From positions 45,416 to 65,415 of the forward strand of contig JBEKTZ010000016.1 of the NCBI GenBank assembly GCA_049515535.1: DNA of 20,000 bases, read 5' to 3'. Below the pieces are notes generated by a model that saw only the letters and a list, made by a program, of their open reading frames with translations, made no database searches and was not told the origin of the DNA. Shown here piece after piece: positions 1-10,713 of this stretch; positions within the stretch are counted from its first letter, which is position 1; every line of letters begins with the position of its first letter. Origin of the DNA: Candidatus Aminicenantales bacterium (GTDB lineage Bacteria; Acidobacteriota; Aminicenantia; Aminicenantales; UBA4085). Made by a program: the position numbers and the translations under genes.

Positions 1-184
1 CGACGATCTTGTGCCATTCCGTCCGGTCTTTGCTTTCGTTCGTGCTCGGATTGAACACGCGCTCGTTCGTCGCCAGCGAGAAATGGGCGACCGAGCGATC
101 TCCCTGGGGGAGGACCCGGATCTCCGGCTTTTGACCGAGCCGGCCCATCAGGATGACCCTGTTCAGGCTGTTGAGGTCTCTCAT
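1..184 (-). CDS. ssb: Single-stranded DNA-binding protein, N-terminal part (runs off the window edge)
   Basis: Manual translation from ATG at 184: MRDLNSLNRVILMGRLGQKPEIRVLPQGDRSVAHFSLATNERVFNPSTNESKDRTEWHKIV. Matches the SSB OB-fold pattern (NxVxLxGxLGxxPE, FSLAT, TEWHxIV). The ATG overlaps the cpoB TGA (ATGA). Not in the ORF track. Confidence 0.93.
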   Translation of the reverse strand, partial: MRDLNSLNRVILMGRLGQKPEIRVLPQGDRSVAHFSLATNERVFNPSTNESKDRTEWHKIV

Positions 185-1065
185 TTGATTTCCTTCAGTT
201 CGCGGATCTTTTGCTGGGCTTTCTTGGCTTCCTCTTCGAGCGGGTGTTTGGATATGAGGAGTGTCAGCACGGCGATGGCCTCGTCATTTTTCTTGAGCTC
301 GGCCAGGGCCAGGCCTTTTTTATAGTAGGCGGTGGCGTGAGCGTCGCTCTTGGGATAGTTGACGATTAGGTCATCGTACTGCTCGATGGCCCTCTCGAAC
401 TTCTTCTGGCTGAAAAAGCATTCGCCGATCATGTAGAGGGCGTTGTCGGCGAGGGGGTCCTCCGGGTCCGGGAACTGCTCCCGGTACGTCGTGAAGCCGT
501 CGATGGCCAGGTCGTAGTTGCCTCTCTGATAATCCGTGAACGCGGTGTTGTAGACTTCCTGGTGGAACAGCTTGGTCTGGGGGAGCTTCGCGGCCGGATC
601 TTTTTTTTCAGGAACGGGCTCGACTTTCTTGCCGGCGTCCTTGGGCTTCTTTGAGATCGGGACTTTCTCGTCCTTTTTCGGCGTTTCCTGCGGCTGTTCG
701 ACGGCCGGCGCCGGCTTGGATTTGAGATCCAGGAGCTGCTCGGAGATCTTCAGCAGTTGGGACTCGATCTGCCCCAGCCTTTCGAGAAAGGCCTGATATT
801 GTGTCGGCAGACTTCTGAGGTTTTCCTGATTGCGGGCCTGATCCGCTTGGAAGAGCTTGAACTGGCCGGCGAGATCACGGACCTGGTCGCGGAGGACTTT
901 GATATCGTCGGCCGTATCGTCGGCTTTCTTCTCCAGTTTCTGGTATTGCTGCTTCAGAAGTTGGACGTCCTGGTAGATCAGCTCATAGGTTTGCTTTTGT
1001 TTGTTCTGTCCGGCCGCCGTGAACGGCAGACAGGAGATCAGCAAAACCCCGAGAGCTCGCTTCAT
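181..1065 (-). CDS. cpoB: Tol-Pal system protein CpoB/YbgF (signal peptide, coiled coil, C-terminal TPRs)
   Basis: Signal peptide, coiled-coil region, K/P-rich linker, then TPR motifs (YNTAFTDYQRGNYDLAIDGF, ADNALYMIGECFF, AYYKKGLAL). Lies directly downstream of pal. Confidence 0.88.
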   Translation of the reverse strand: MKRALGVLLISCLPFTAAGQNKQKQTYELIYQDVQLLKQQYQKLEKKADDTADDIKVLRDQVRDLAGQFKLFQADQARNQENLRSLPTQYQAFLERLGQIESQLLKISEQLLDLKSKPAPAVEQPQETPKKDEKVPISKKPKDAGKKVEPVPEKKDPAAKLPQTKLFHQEVYNTAFTDYQRGNYDLAIDGFTTYREQFPDPEDPLADNALYMIGECFFSQKKFERAIEQYDDLIVNYPKSDAHATAYYKKGLALAELKKNDEAIAVLTLLISKHPLEEEAKKAQQKIRELKEIK

Positions 1066-1077
1066 CGTCCGGACCGG

Positions 1078-1632
1078 TTATTTTTCGATGACCAAAAATT
1101 GGCCGCGACGGTTTCTCTGCCAAGCGGCCTCGTCGTGGCCCATGTCCACGGGCTGGCTCTTGCCGTAGGAGATCGTCTTCATCCGCTCGGCCGGAATGCC
1201 GAGGGAAAGAAGATAGTCATAAGCGCTCTTGGCCCGTTTTTCGCCCAGGGCCAAGTTATAGTCTTCCGTGCCGCGCTCGTCGCAATGGCCTTCGATGAGG
1301 AACTTGGCCGTCTTGAACTTCTTCAGCCATGCGGCGTTGCGTTCGAGAACGGGTTTCGCGTCTTCGCGGATGAAGAACTTGTCGTAATCGAAATAGATCG
1401 TCAAGAGGGGTTTGTCCCGGTTGATCTGCTCGAGCGATTTGGCCATGAAAAGATCCTCTTCGCCGAGTTCGGGCTTTTTCACGACGGGCGGGGGAACGAC
1501 TTTCTCGACCTTGGGCTGCTCGTTCACCTGCGGCGGCGGGGGCGGCGCGACCTGTTTCGGTTTCTGCTTGCAGGATACGGCGAATGCGAAAGCCAAAACG
1601 CAGACGAGGGAAAAGATTAATAATTTTTTCAT
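1078..1632 (-). CDS. pal: Peptidoglycan-associated lipoprotein Pal (OmpA-like domain)
   Basis: Lipobox-like AVSC, IYFDYDK, IEGHCDERGTEDYNLALGEKRA, TISYGKSQP, NRR. Strong SD (AAGGAGGAGG) upstream. Confidence 0.95.
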   Translation of the reverse strand: MKKLLIFSLVCVLAFAFAVSCKQKPKQVAPPPPPQVNEQPKVEKVVPPPVVKKPELGEEDLFMAKSLEQINRDKPLLTIYFDYDKFFIREDAKPVLERNAAWLKKFKTAKFLIEGHCDERGTEDYNLALGEKRAKSAYDYLLSLGIPAERMKTISYGKSQPVDMGHDEAAWQRNRRGQFLVIEK

Positions 1633-1692
1633 GAAACCTCCTCCTTAATAGGGATGTCCATATGAATATTGAACATAACCCTAACCGCCAGA

Positions 1693-1721
1693 TATATACA
1701 ATGAAAAGAGGAGCGTGTCAA
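1693..1721 (-). promoter_or_regulatory. Putative sigma70 promoter for pal-cpoB-ssb
   Basis: Minus strand TTGACA (1721-1716), 17-nt spacer, TATATA (1698-1693), about 60 nt upstream of the pal ATG. Confidence 0.6.
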
Positions 1722-1992
1722 TTGAATATTCTCCGTTTTCTTGGGGAAATTCAGGTCAATTCGGCGGATCCCGTCTTCGATCAGCCCAGCCGGTTTGCCC
1801 TCCTTCTGACCAGGGTTTCCCAGGCGTCGGCCGCCTGGACATTCTGCGAGGGTGTTCTCCGCTCTTAATAATAGACGGGGATTCCTATCCTGAATCTCAT
1901 TTCGCCAATGATCAGGGGTTGGAAGGGAGAGGAGGAAACTCGGGGATCGCCGGCTTCTTCCTCATCGCCCGCGATGGATTCATGGATTCCGG

Positions 1993-2093
1993 GTCAAGGG
2001 ACGAGCCTTCGGCTCGCCACTCGCCCGTGGCTTATAGCCTCGGGCGAGTACCGCGGAAGTGGACCCCCGGGCAAAGCCCGGGGCCCCGTCCGC
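1993..2093 (+). repeat. Multi-hairpin intergenic repeat element, copy 1 (REP/MITE-like)
   Basis: 97/101 identical to the reverse complement of 8055-8155. Three stem-loops: 2002-2016, 2019-2049, 2065-2083. Confidence 0.9.
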
Positions 2094-2108
2094 TGTCAAG
2101 GTTTCGTC

Positions 2109-3446
2109 TCAGATTCCGTTGGACCAATCGGGCCAGGTGTTCTGGCCCTTGAACGTGAGCTGGCGGACGTTGGCGCCGTCGTAATCGACCGTAAAGATCT
2201 GGAGCCCGCCCTTCATGTTCGACTTGAAGACGATGTGGCGGCCGTCGGGCGACCAGGCCGGCGATTCGTTCATGGCGTTGCTTCCGGTCAGCTCGGTCAG
2301 CTTCGAGATCTGTTGTGTATGGAGGTCCAGGAGATAAAGGTCGAAGATATTTTCGACGCGCGCGACAAAGACGATCCGGTCGCCGACGGGCGACCAGGCC
2401 GGCGAATCGCAGTGGGTCGAGCCGCCGAAGCTCGCCCGCTGGACATTCGAGCCCTCGGCGTCCATAGTGTAGATTTGCGGAGTCCCGCCCCTGTCGGAGA
2501 CGAAGACGATTTGCCGTCCGGTCGGCGACCAGGACGGCGCCGTATCCGTTCCCTGATTGAAGGTCAATCGCTTGATGCGGAAACTGCCGCGTTTCAAGCT
2601 GTCTTCGTCGATGTCGGCGATATAGATTTCCATGTTTCCGTCTTGATCTCTCGTCGAGCTGAAGGCCAGCTTTTTGCCGTCGGGCGACCAGGCCGGAGCG
2701 GAACTGATCCCCTTCGTCGAGACCGCGATTCGCCGTCCTTCGTAGACCTGCAGAATGTACAGCCCGGCCGTAAGGCTCTGGTAAGACGTGTAGGCGATCA
2801 TTTTGCCGTCCGGCGAAAAGGCCGGACTGATGTCGTCCACTTTATTGAACGTCAGGCGCGTCTGGTTGGCACCGTCGTAATCCATCATGTAGATTTCATG
2901 GTTGCCGTCGCGGTCTGAGACGAAGGCGATCTTCGTCTCGAAGACCGGTTTTTCGCCGTAGGCCTTCATGATCTCGTCCGCCATGCGGTGGGCCAGATAC
3001 CGAAGGTCGGTCTTTTTGGCCTGGTAGCGCTTGGGCACGATGATCTGCCGCTTCGACTTGACGTCATAGAGGTTCCGCTCGAAAGCGATGTCCCCGCCCG
3101 CGATCTCGGCGACTTCGCCGGTGAAAAGGAGGTTGGCCTGGATGGATTCCCAGTCCTTGAACTGGATGTTTTTCGGGTCGAGCGGGCGGATGTAGTCGTA
3201 ATAGCTCTTGGGCAGGAGCTGAAAGATGCGGCTGTATTTCAGATCGTCGGCGAGGACCTGAAAGATCTCGTCGGCCGCGGGCTGCGCCTCGGGCGTCGCG
3301 ACGGTGAATTTGGGGAGGGCGAAACTGATCGCCGGAATCCCGTCTTTTATGATCAGGTGGAATTCCTGTTGGGAATGAAGAATCCGGCCGAAGGCCAGCA
3401 AGGCGAGAAAGATCAACGCGGAGGAGACGATTTTTGTCGTTTTCAT
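2109..3446 (-). CDS. tolB: Tol-Pal beta-propeller protein TolB
   Basis: Signal peptide, TolB N-domain ([18 protein letters not shown]) and multiple PD40 repeats (SPAWSPDG). Tol-pal context. Confidence 0.93.
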   Translation of the reverse strand: MKTTKIVSSALIFLALLAFGRILHSQQEFHLIIKDGIPAISFALPKFTVATPEAQPAADEIFQVLADDLKYSRIFQLLPKSYYDYIRPLDPKNIQFKDWESIQANLLFTGEVAEIAGGDIAFERNLYDVKSKRQIIVPKRYQAKKTDLRYLAHRMADEIMKAYGEKPVFETKIAFVSDRDGNHEIYMMDYDGANQTRLTFNKVDDISPAFSPDGKMIAYTSYQSLTAGLYILQVYEGRRIAVSTKGISSAPAWSPDGKKLAFSSTRDQDGNMEIYIADIDEDSLKRGSFRIKRLTFNQGTDTAPSWSPTGRQIVFVSDRGGTPQIYTMDAEGSNVQRASFGGSTHCDSPAWSPVGDRIVFVARVENIFDLYLLDLHTQQISKLTELTGSNAMNESPAWSPDGRHIVFKSNMKGGLQIFTVDYDGANVRQLTFKGQNTWPDWSNGI

Positions 3447-4249
3447 TTGGAATGCTCGAAACGGAGATAAATGCCCAGATATTCCTCATCGTAACCGGGG
3501 GGGTGAGGAGGGAATTTCGCGGATTGCATGACCGCCCGCACGGCCGATTGGTCGAGCGTCTTCAAGCCGCTCGATTCTTTGATTTCGACCTTCGAGATGG
3601 ACCCGTCTTTGAAGATGCGGAAATAGACGTCCACATGAAAGGTTCCGCCGGCGCCGGGATCGACGAGCGACTGGAACCAGTTCGATTGGATCTTGGACTG
3701 AATCTCCACGATATAGTAATTATAAGGAAAATTCGAAAGGCCGAGGTCGCTGGGAAACCCGCCGCCTTCGCCCTCTCCCGTTCCGCCCAGGCCGATGGTC
3801 AAGCCCGCCCCGCCGCCACCAGCCGCTTCCCGGCCCTGGCCGGAAGCGGCCTCTTTGGCCGGCGCCGTCTTGGCCGAGGGATCGGGTTTGGTGATCACGG
3901 CTTTTTTACCGGGATTTTTAGCGGGCTCCTTTTTCGGTTTGTCCACGGGATAGCGCAGCTGGGATTGCGGCTCGTCCGGCTGGAGTTTCTGGAGGGTCGT
4001 CAGGTCCCGGAGCGTTTCTTTTTTGACCTCGGTCGCGCCCAACTCCGTTTGCCGAGCGGCCTTGATCCCGCTGCCTCCGCCGGATAGGCCGAAATTACTC
4101 ATCGAGATGTAATGAATCATGTCTTGCCGGGCCGGTTTCGGAAGGCTGGGATTGAGGATGATCGTAAGGACGAGGATGGAATGGGCCGCCGCGGAAATGA
4201 CCATTGCCCGCTTGAAGGCCCGGCTGTTCGATCCCGTATGCGCGGTCAT
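3443..4249 (-). CDS. tolA: TolA/TonB-family energy transducer
   Basis: N-terminal TM helix with S-xxx-H ([10 protein letters not shown]), K/P/G-rich linker, TonB-C-like C-terminus ([18 protein letters not shown]). Lies between tolR and tolB. Confidence 0.8.
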   Translation of the reverse strand: MTAHTGSNSRAFKRAMVISAAAHSILVLTIILNPSLPKPARQDMIHYISMSNFGLSGGGSGIKAARQTELGATEVKKETLRDLTTLQKLQPDEPQSQLRYPVDKPKKEPAKNPGKKAVITKPDPSAKTAPAKEAASGQGREAAGGGGAGLTIGLGGTGEGEGGGFPSDLGLSNFPYNYYIVEIQSKIQSNWFQSLVDPGAGGTFHVDVYFRIFKDGSISKVEIKESSGLKTLDQSAVRAVMQSAKFPPHPPGYDEEYLGIYLRFEHSK

Positions 4250-4689
4250 CGGTCCTTGTTTTTGACTTCGATCGGCTCGGTTATCAAGGCGACGACTTCG
4301 ACGCCGACTTTCTTGGCGATGTCCATGATTTCGATGACGTAGCCGTAGGGGAGCAACGTATCGGCTTGGAGATAAATGATCTTTTTCGGCTTGCCGTAAA
4401 AATATTGCTCCAGCCTGTTTTTCAGGAGGCTGATGTTGATCACGGAATTCTCGAAATAGATGTATTTGTTCACGTCGACCGTCAGCCGCAGCCCTTGTTC
4501 GGCCGGCGCGGTGTCGGTTTCGGCTTTCGGCAGGTTGACGCCGATGCCGGACTGCATCATCGGCGTCGTGACCATGAAGATCACGAGCAGCACGAGCATG
4601 ACGTCCACGAACGGGGTGATGTTGATCTCGGAGAGGGACGTGCCCAGCTCTCTCTTCGAGCGGATGGAGGGCAATTTAGGGAGTACCAT
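4246..4689 (-). CDS. tolR: TolR/ExbD biopolymer transport protein
   Basis: Signature EINITPFVDVMLVLLVIFMVTTP, plus VNLPKA and the AD..LPYG.V motif. Confidence 0.92.
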   Translation of the reverse strand: MVLPKLPSIRSKRELGTSLSEINITPFVDVMLVLLVIFMVTTPMMQSGIGVNLPKAETDTAPAEQGLRLTVDVNKYIYFENSVINISLLKNRLEQYFYGKPKKIIYLQADTLLPYGYVIEIMDIAKKVGVEVVALITEPIEVKNKDR

Positions 4690-5341
4690 AGAGCCGCTCC
4701 GCGATGCTCAGAAGCTCGAGCGAAAAATCCTCCATGTCGGTGATGAAGTCCTTGATCCGGTGGATGAAGGTGTTGTAAGCGATGACCGCCGGGATGGCGG
4801 CGAACAGGCCCACGGCCGTAGCCACCAGGGCCTCGGCGATGCCGGGGGCGACCGACAGCAGGCTGGCCGACCGCGTCACGTTGATATTGAGGAACGAATC
4901 CATGATGCCCCAGACCGTCCCCAGAAGGCCGATGAACGGCGAGACGCTGCCGGTCGTGGCCAGAAACGACATAAGTCTTTCCATCTTGGCGACTTCGGCG
5001 TTGGAGGCCTTCGTCAGGGCCCGGCTCAGGTTGTCAAGGCTCGCCCCGCTGGGCCCGCCCTGCGGGCTGGCTTTGGCCAGATAGGCCATTTCCTTGAATC
5101 CCGCCTGGAAAATGGAGGCCTGCGGGCTGGCTTGGAATGACTTGGCGGCCTCGCCCACCTCGGTCAGATTCCGGCTTTTTTTGAAGACGGCCAGGAATTT
5201 TTGCGACTGGGCGGCCGCCTTTCTCAGGGAGTTTCTTTTGAAAATGATGATCGTCCAGGAAAAAAGCGAAAAAAACAGAAGGATGAGAAGAATGACCTGG
5301 ACGACCGGGCTCGCATCGGTGATCAGTTTAAAAATGTTCAT
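4676..5341 (-). CDS. tolQ: TolQ (MotA/TolQ/ExbB proton channel family)
   Basis: FLATTGSVSPFIGLLGTVWGIM and VAPGIAEALVATAVGLFAAIPAVIAYN. Confidence 0.93.
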   Translation of the reverse strand: MNIFKLITDASPVVQVILLILLFFSLFSWTIIIFKRNSLRKAAAQSQKFLAVFKKSRNLTEVGEAAKSFQASPQASIFQAGFKEMAYLAKASPQGGPSGASLDNLSRALTKASNAEVAKMERLMSFLATTGSVSPFIGLLGTVWGIMDSFLNINVTRSASLLSVAPGIAEALVATAVGLFAAIPAVIAYNTFIHRIKDFITDMEDFSLELLSIAERLYGTP

Positions 5342-5354
5342 TGTTTTCGGTATT

Positions 5355-5384
5355 AAGGTAGCATGGCGGACGCGCCAAAGTCAA
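5355..5384 (-). promoter_or_regulatory. Putative promoter of tolQRAB
   Basis: Minus strand TTGACT (5384-5379), 18-nt spacer ending TGC, TACCTT (5360-5355). 13 nt to the ATG. Confidence 0.5.
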
Positions 5385-5393
5385 TTTGAGCCG

Positions 5394-5532
5394 GCAGCGC
5401 TCAGGAAACGCTGCTCGTCACTACGCGGATTTTCCCCAGCGCGGAAAATCCGCTCGGCCTCGCTCTCGAGCTCTCGGAAAAACTGCGTTTTTCCGAACCA
5501 TGCCCGCTCTCGCGCTCGGACGGGTTCCGAGC
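5394..5532. repeat. Cluster of four palindromic stem-loops in the helicase-tolQ intergenic region
   Basis: Perfect stems: 5394-5399/5409-5414 (6 bp), 5425-5435/5443-5453 (11 bp), 5474-5483/5487-5496 (10 bp), 5514-5520/5526-5532 (7 bp). Confidence 0.7.
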
Positions 5533-5637
5533 AGCATATCCTTCGCTTCGGTGACATAAGAAATAATGCTAGGAGAAAAGGATATTCCTCCAAGAGTGCC
5601 CGACGTCACCCGTTCTCCCCAAAACAGCCGGGAATCG

Positions 5638-7983
5638 TCATTCGAGGAGGCGGGACAGGATTTCGACCGCGACTTCCTTGGCCCGCTCGCCGCTCTCCTT
5701 CGTCGGCCCGACGCAGGAGGGACAGCCGTCCTGGCAGGGGCAGGCGGTGATCGTTTTGAGGCAGTAATCGAGCAGCTTTTTTTCGAGGTCGAACAGGGAC
5801 GGGCTCAGGCCGATGCCGCCCGGGTAGTTGTCATAGATGAAGATGTTCGGCTCGAAATCGATGTCGGCGTAAACCGGACCCTGGATCGGCTGGATCTTGG
5901 CCAGGAGGTCTCTGGGCGGGATGGATTCGCCCGTGGAATTGTCGCCGATCGAGACGCCGATGTCGTGGATATCGCACATGAGGAAGAGCGGGGCGACGTT
6001 ATGCATGATGTACGACAGCCCGTAGAGGCCGTTGATCTTTTGCTCCGGCGTGAACGACAGGGACTGCAGGAGCGACGAGGGCACGGTCACCCAGGAGGCG
6101 GTCGTGTGCATCTCGTTCTGCGGCAGGCTCAAGTCGCCGGCGCCGACGTTCTCGTTCGTATGGAACTTGATCTTCTTGAAGCCCACGACCTGCGTCGCGA
6201 CATGGACTTCGCCGTGCGAGGCGTTGCACCCGTCGACCTTCCGCGTATCGAAGATGTCGAGGATCTTGATCTTCGTGTAATCGATGGCGTCGGTGTAATA
6301 ATCGGCGTCCGTCTTCTTGACGTAGGCTTTGCGCTCGGCGTAATCCAACTTCTCGACGAAATACTGTTCTCCTTCGCAGATGTAGATGGCCTTCTCGTGG
6401 AGCGTCGTCAGGGCCGCCGTGAAGTCCACCTCGGCGATGATCCGGGCTTTGTCGGTCGTATCCACGACGACGAAATTATCCGAGCTGATGCTGCGCAGGC
6501 TCACGGCGTCGGCCGGATAGGCGTCCGACGTCCAGTACCACTTCTCCTTCGAGTGATGAACGAGCTTCTCCTCCTCCAGGAATTTCAGGATCTCGCCGAT
6601 GTCCGCGCGGCCGAAAGTCTCGCCGTCCTGAAACGGCAGCTCGAACGCCGCGCATTCGATGTGGTTGATGAGGATGGAGAGGTTGTCCGGGTTGATCAGG
6701 GCCTTCTCCGGGTTCTTGGAGAAGAAGTAATCCGGGTGGTTGACGATGAACTGGTCGAGCGGAGCGCTCGAGGCGACGAGAACCGCGGCCGATGTGCCCG
6801 TCTTCCGGCCGGCGCGGCCGGTCCTCTGCCAGGTGCTGGCGATCGTTCCCGGATAGCCGGCCAGAACGGCGACGTCGAGCGTCCCGATATCGATCCCGAG
6901 CTCAAGCGCGTTCGTCGAGACGACGCCCAGAATCTTGCCTTCGCGCAGGCCCTTCTCGATTTCCCGGCGCTTGAGCGGGAGATAGCCGCCGCGATATCCC
7001 CGGATGAGGCCCTCGTCCTTGACCGTCTTTTCGATGTCCTCCTTGAGGTAGGTCACAAGGACTTCGGTGATCAGGCGGCTCTGGGCGAAGACGATGGTCT
7101 GGAGATGGTTTTTGAGAAAAAGCGCGGCGATCCGGCGCGACTCGTTGACGTAGGAGCGGCGGATGCCCAGAAATTTATTCACCACGGGCGGCGTGTAAAA
7201 AACGATGTACTTGTCGCCGCGCGGGGCGCCGTTGTCGTCGACAAGCGTCACGGGCTCCTCGATCATCTTCTCGGCCATCTCGAGCGGATTGGCGATGGTC
7301 GCCGTGCAGAGGATGAATTGCGGCGAAGCGCCGTAAAACCGGGCGACGCGCTTGAGACGGCGCAGGACATTGGCCAGATGGCTGCCGAAGATGCCCCGGT
7401 AGTTGTGCAGCTCGTCGATGACGATATATTTGAGGTTCTCAAAAAGCTTGATCCACTTGGTGTGGTGCGGAAGGATGCCGGCGTGGAGCATGTCCGGGTT
7501 GGTCAGGACGATGTGGCCGCGGGCGCGGATGGCTTTGCGCGCGTCCTGCGGCGTGTCGCCGTCGTACGTGAAAATCCGGATTTCCTCGGGCAGTTGCTTG
7601 ATCGTTTCGTCGAGCTCGGCGCGCTGGTCGTTGGCGAGCGCCTTCGTCGGGAAAAGATAAAGCGCCCGGGCCGACGGGTTCTTGAGCATGGCGTCCAAAA
7701 CGGGAAGGTTGTAGCAGAGCGTCTTTCCGGACGCCGTGGGCGTGACGACGGCCGCGTTTTTTCCCTGTCGGACCGCTTCCCAGCAGGTGTGCTGATGCGT
7801 GTAGAGCCGCTCGAACCCTTTGTCCTTGAGCGCCTTCACCAGGGCCGGTTGGACTTCTTTCGGATAATCCACGTAGCTGCCCTCCTGGGCGGGGAGGTGT
7901 TTGATCGCCCGGAGGGAATCGCTCTCGACGCTGATTCTTTGGAGCATATCCAGCGCCTTGAGTAGGTTTTCCTGGCGTCCCAT
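5638..7983 (-). CDS. DEAD/DEAH-box SF2 helicase with DUF1998-type C-terminus (MrfA/YprA/SftH/Hrq1-like)
   Basis: Q motif LYTHQ, Walker A TPTASGKT, LTNPDMLH, DELH, TATIAN, STNALELGIDIG, QRTGRAGR, IYDNYPGGIG, C-terminal CPCQDGCPSC metal site. Confidence 0.9.
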   Translation of the reverse strand: MGRQENLLKALDMLQRISVESDSLRAIKHLPAQEGSYVDYPKEVQPALVKALKDKGFERLYTHQHTCWEAVRQGKNAAVVTPTASGKTLCYNLPVLDAMLKNPSARALYLFPTKALANDQRAELDETIKQLPEEIRIFTYDGDTPQDARKAIRARGHIVLTNPDMLHAGILPHHTKWIKLFENLKYIVIDELHNYRGIFGSHLANVLRRLKRVARFYGASPQFILCTATIANPLEMAEKMIEEPVTLVDDNGAPRGDKYIVFYTPPVVNKFLGIRRSYVNESRRIAALFLKNHLQTIVFAQSRLITEVLVTYLKEDIEKTVKDEGLIRGYRGGYLPLKRREIEKGLREGKILGVVSTNALELGIDIGTLDVAVLAGYPGTIASTWQRTGRAGRKTGTSAAVLVASSAPLDQFIVNHPDYFFSKNPEKALINPDNLSILINHIECAAFELPFQDGETFGRADIGEILKFLEEEKLVHHSKEKWYWTSDAYPADAVSLRSISSDNFVVVDTTDKARIIAEVDFTAALTTLHEKAIYICEGEQYFVEKLDYAERKAYVKKTDADYYTDAIDYTKIKILDIFDTRKVDGCNASHGEVHVATQVVGFKKIKFHTNENVGAGDLSLPQNEMHTTASWVTVPSSLLQSLSFTPEQKINGLYGLSYIMHNVAPLFLMCDIHDIGVSIGDNSTGESIPPRDLLAKIQPIQGPVYADIDFEPNIFIYDNYPGGIGLSPSLFDLEKKLLDYCLKTITACPCQDGCPSCVGPTKESGERAKEVAVEILSRLLE

Positions 7984-7992
7984 GTCGTACTA

Positions 7993-8021
7993 ATCCTATC
8001 AATAATTTCGGTGACAGACAA
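7993..8021 (-). promoter_or_regulatory. Putative promoter of the helicase gene (extended -10)
   Basis: Minus strand TTGTCT (8021-8016), 17-nt spacer ending TGA, TAGGAT (7998-7993). 9 nt to the ATG, no SD in between. Confidence 0.55.
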
Positions 8022-8047
8022 CTCAACCATGAAATTTTTTAGTGACA

Positions 8048-8155
8048 GTCAACGGCGGACGGGGCCCCGGGCTTTACCCGGGGGTCCACTTCCGCCGTAC
8101 TCGCCCGTGGATATAAGCCACGGGCGAGTGGCGAGCCGAAGGCTCGTCCCTTGAC
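8048..8155 (-). repeat. Multi-hairpin intergenic repeat element, copy 2 (inverted relative to copy 1)
   Basis: 8055-8155 is the reverse complement of 1993-2093 with 4 mismatches. This copy is bounded by GTCAA (8048-8052) and TTGAC (8151-8155). Confidence 0.9.
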
Positions 8156-8192
8156 GCCTTACCGAAATTGTCACCGAAATTAATTGAAAATG

Positions 8193-8201
8193 TGTTAAAA
8201 T
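8193..8201 (+). promoter_or_regulatory. Extended -10 element for uvrA
   Basis: TG-T-TAAAAT, 8 nt before the ATG at 8210. Confidence 0.55.
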
Positions 8202-8209
8202 AGATGGTT

Positions 8210-10711
<2,502 letters not shown>

Positions 10712-10713
10712 CC

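Noticed and set aside
1993..2093. tRNA or CRISPR interpretation of the multi-hairpin repeat
   Set aside because: No T-loop/D-loop consensus, anticodon arm or CCA; no regularly spaced repeats with spacers.
1662..2152. 68-aa and 145-aa plus-strand ORFs in the pal-tolB spacer
   Set aside because: They cross the pal promoter and/or the palindromic repeat, with no protein-like features. The peptide shared with ORF 8074-8343 (SRDEPSARHSPVAY) is simply the translated DNA repeat.
2230..2830. Recurrent GGCGACCAGGCCGG-like repeats
   Set aside because: Coding repeats of the TolB PD40 motif (PAWSP); not CRISPR or a DNA repeat element.
5566..7965. 799-aa plus-strand ORF
   Set aside because: Antisense shadow of the helicase with no domain signatures.
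5638..7983. Helicase as part of a DISARM/Druantia-type defence system
   Set aside because: No methylase, nuclease or other defence genes nearby; size and motifs fit the MrfA/Hrq1 repair type.
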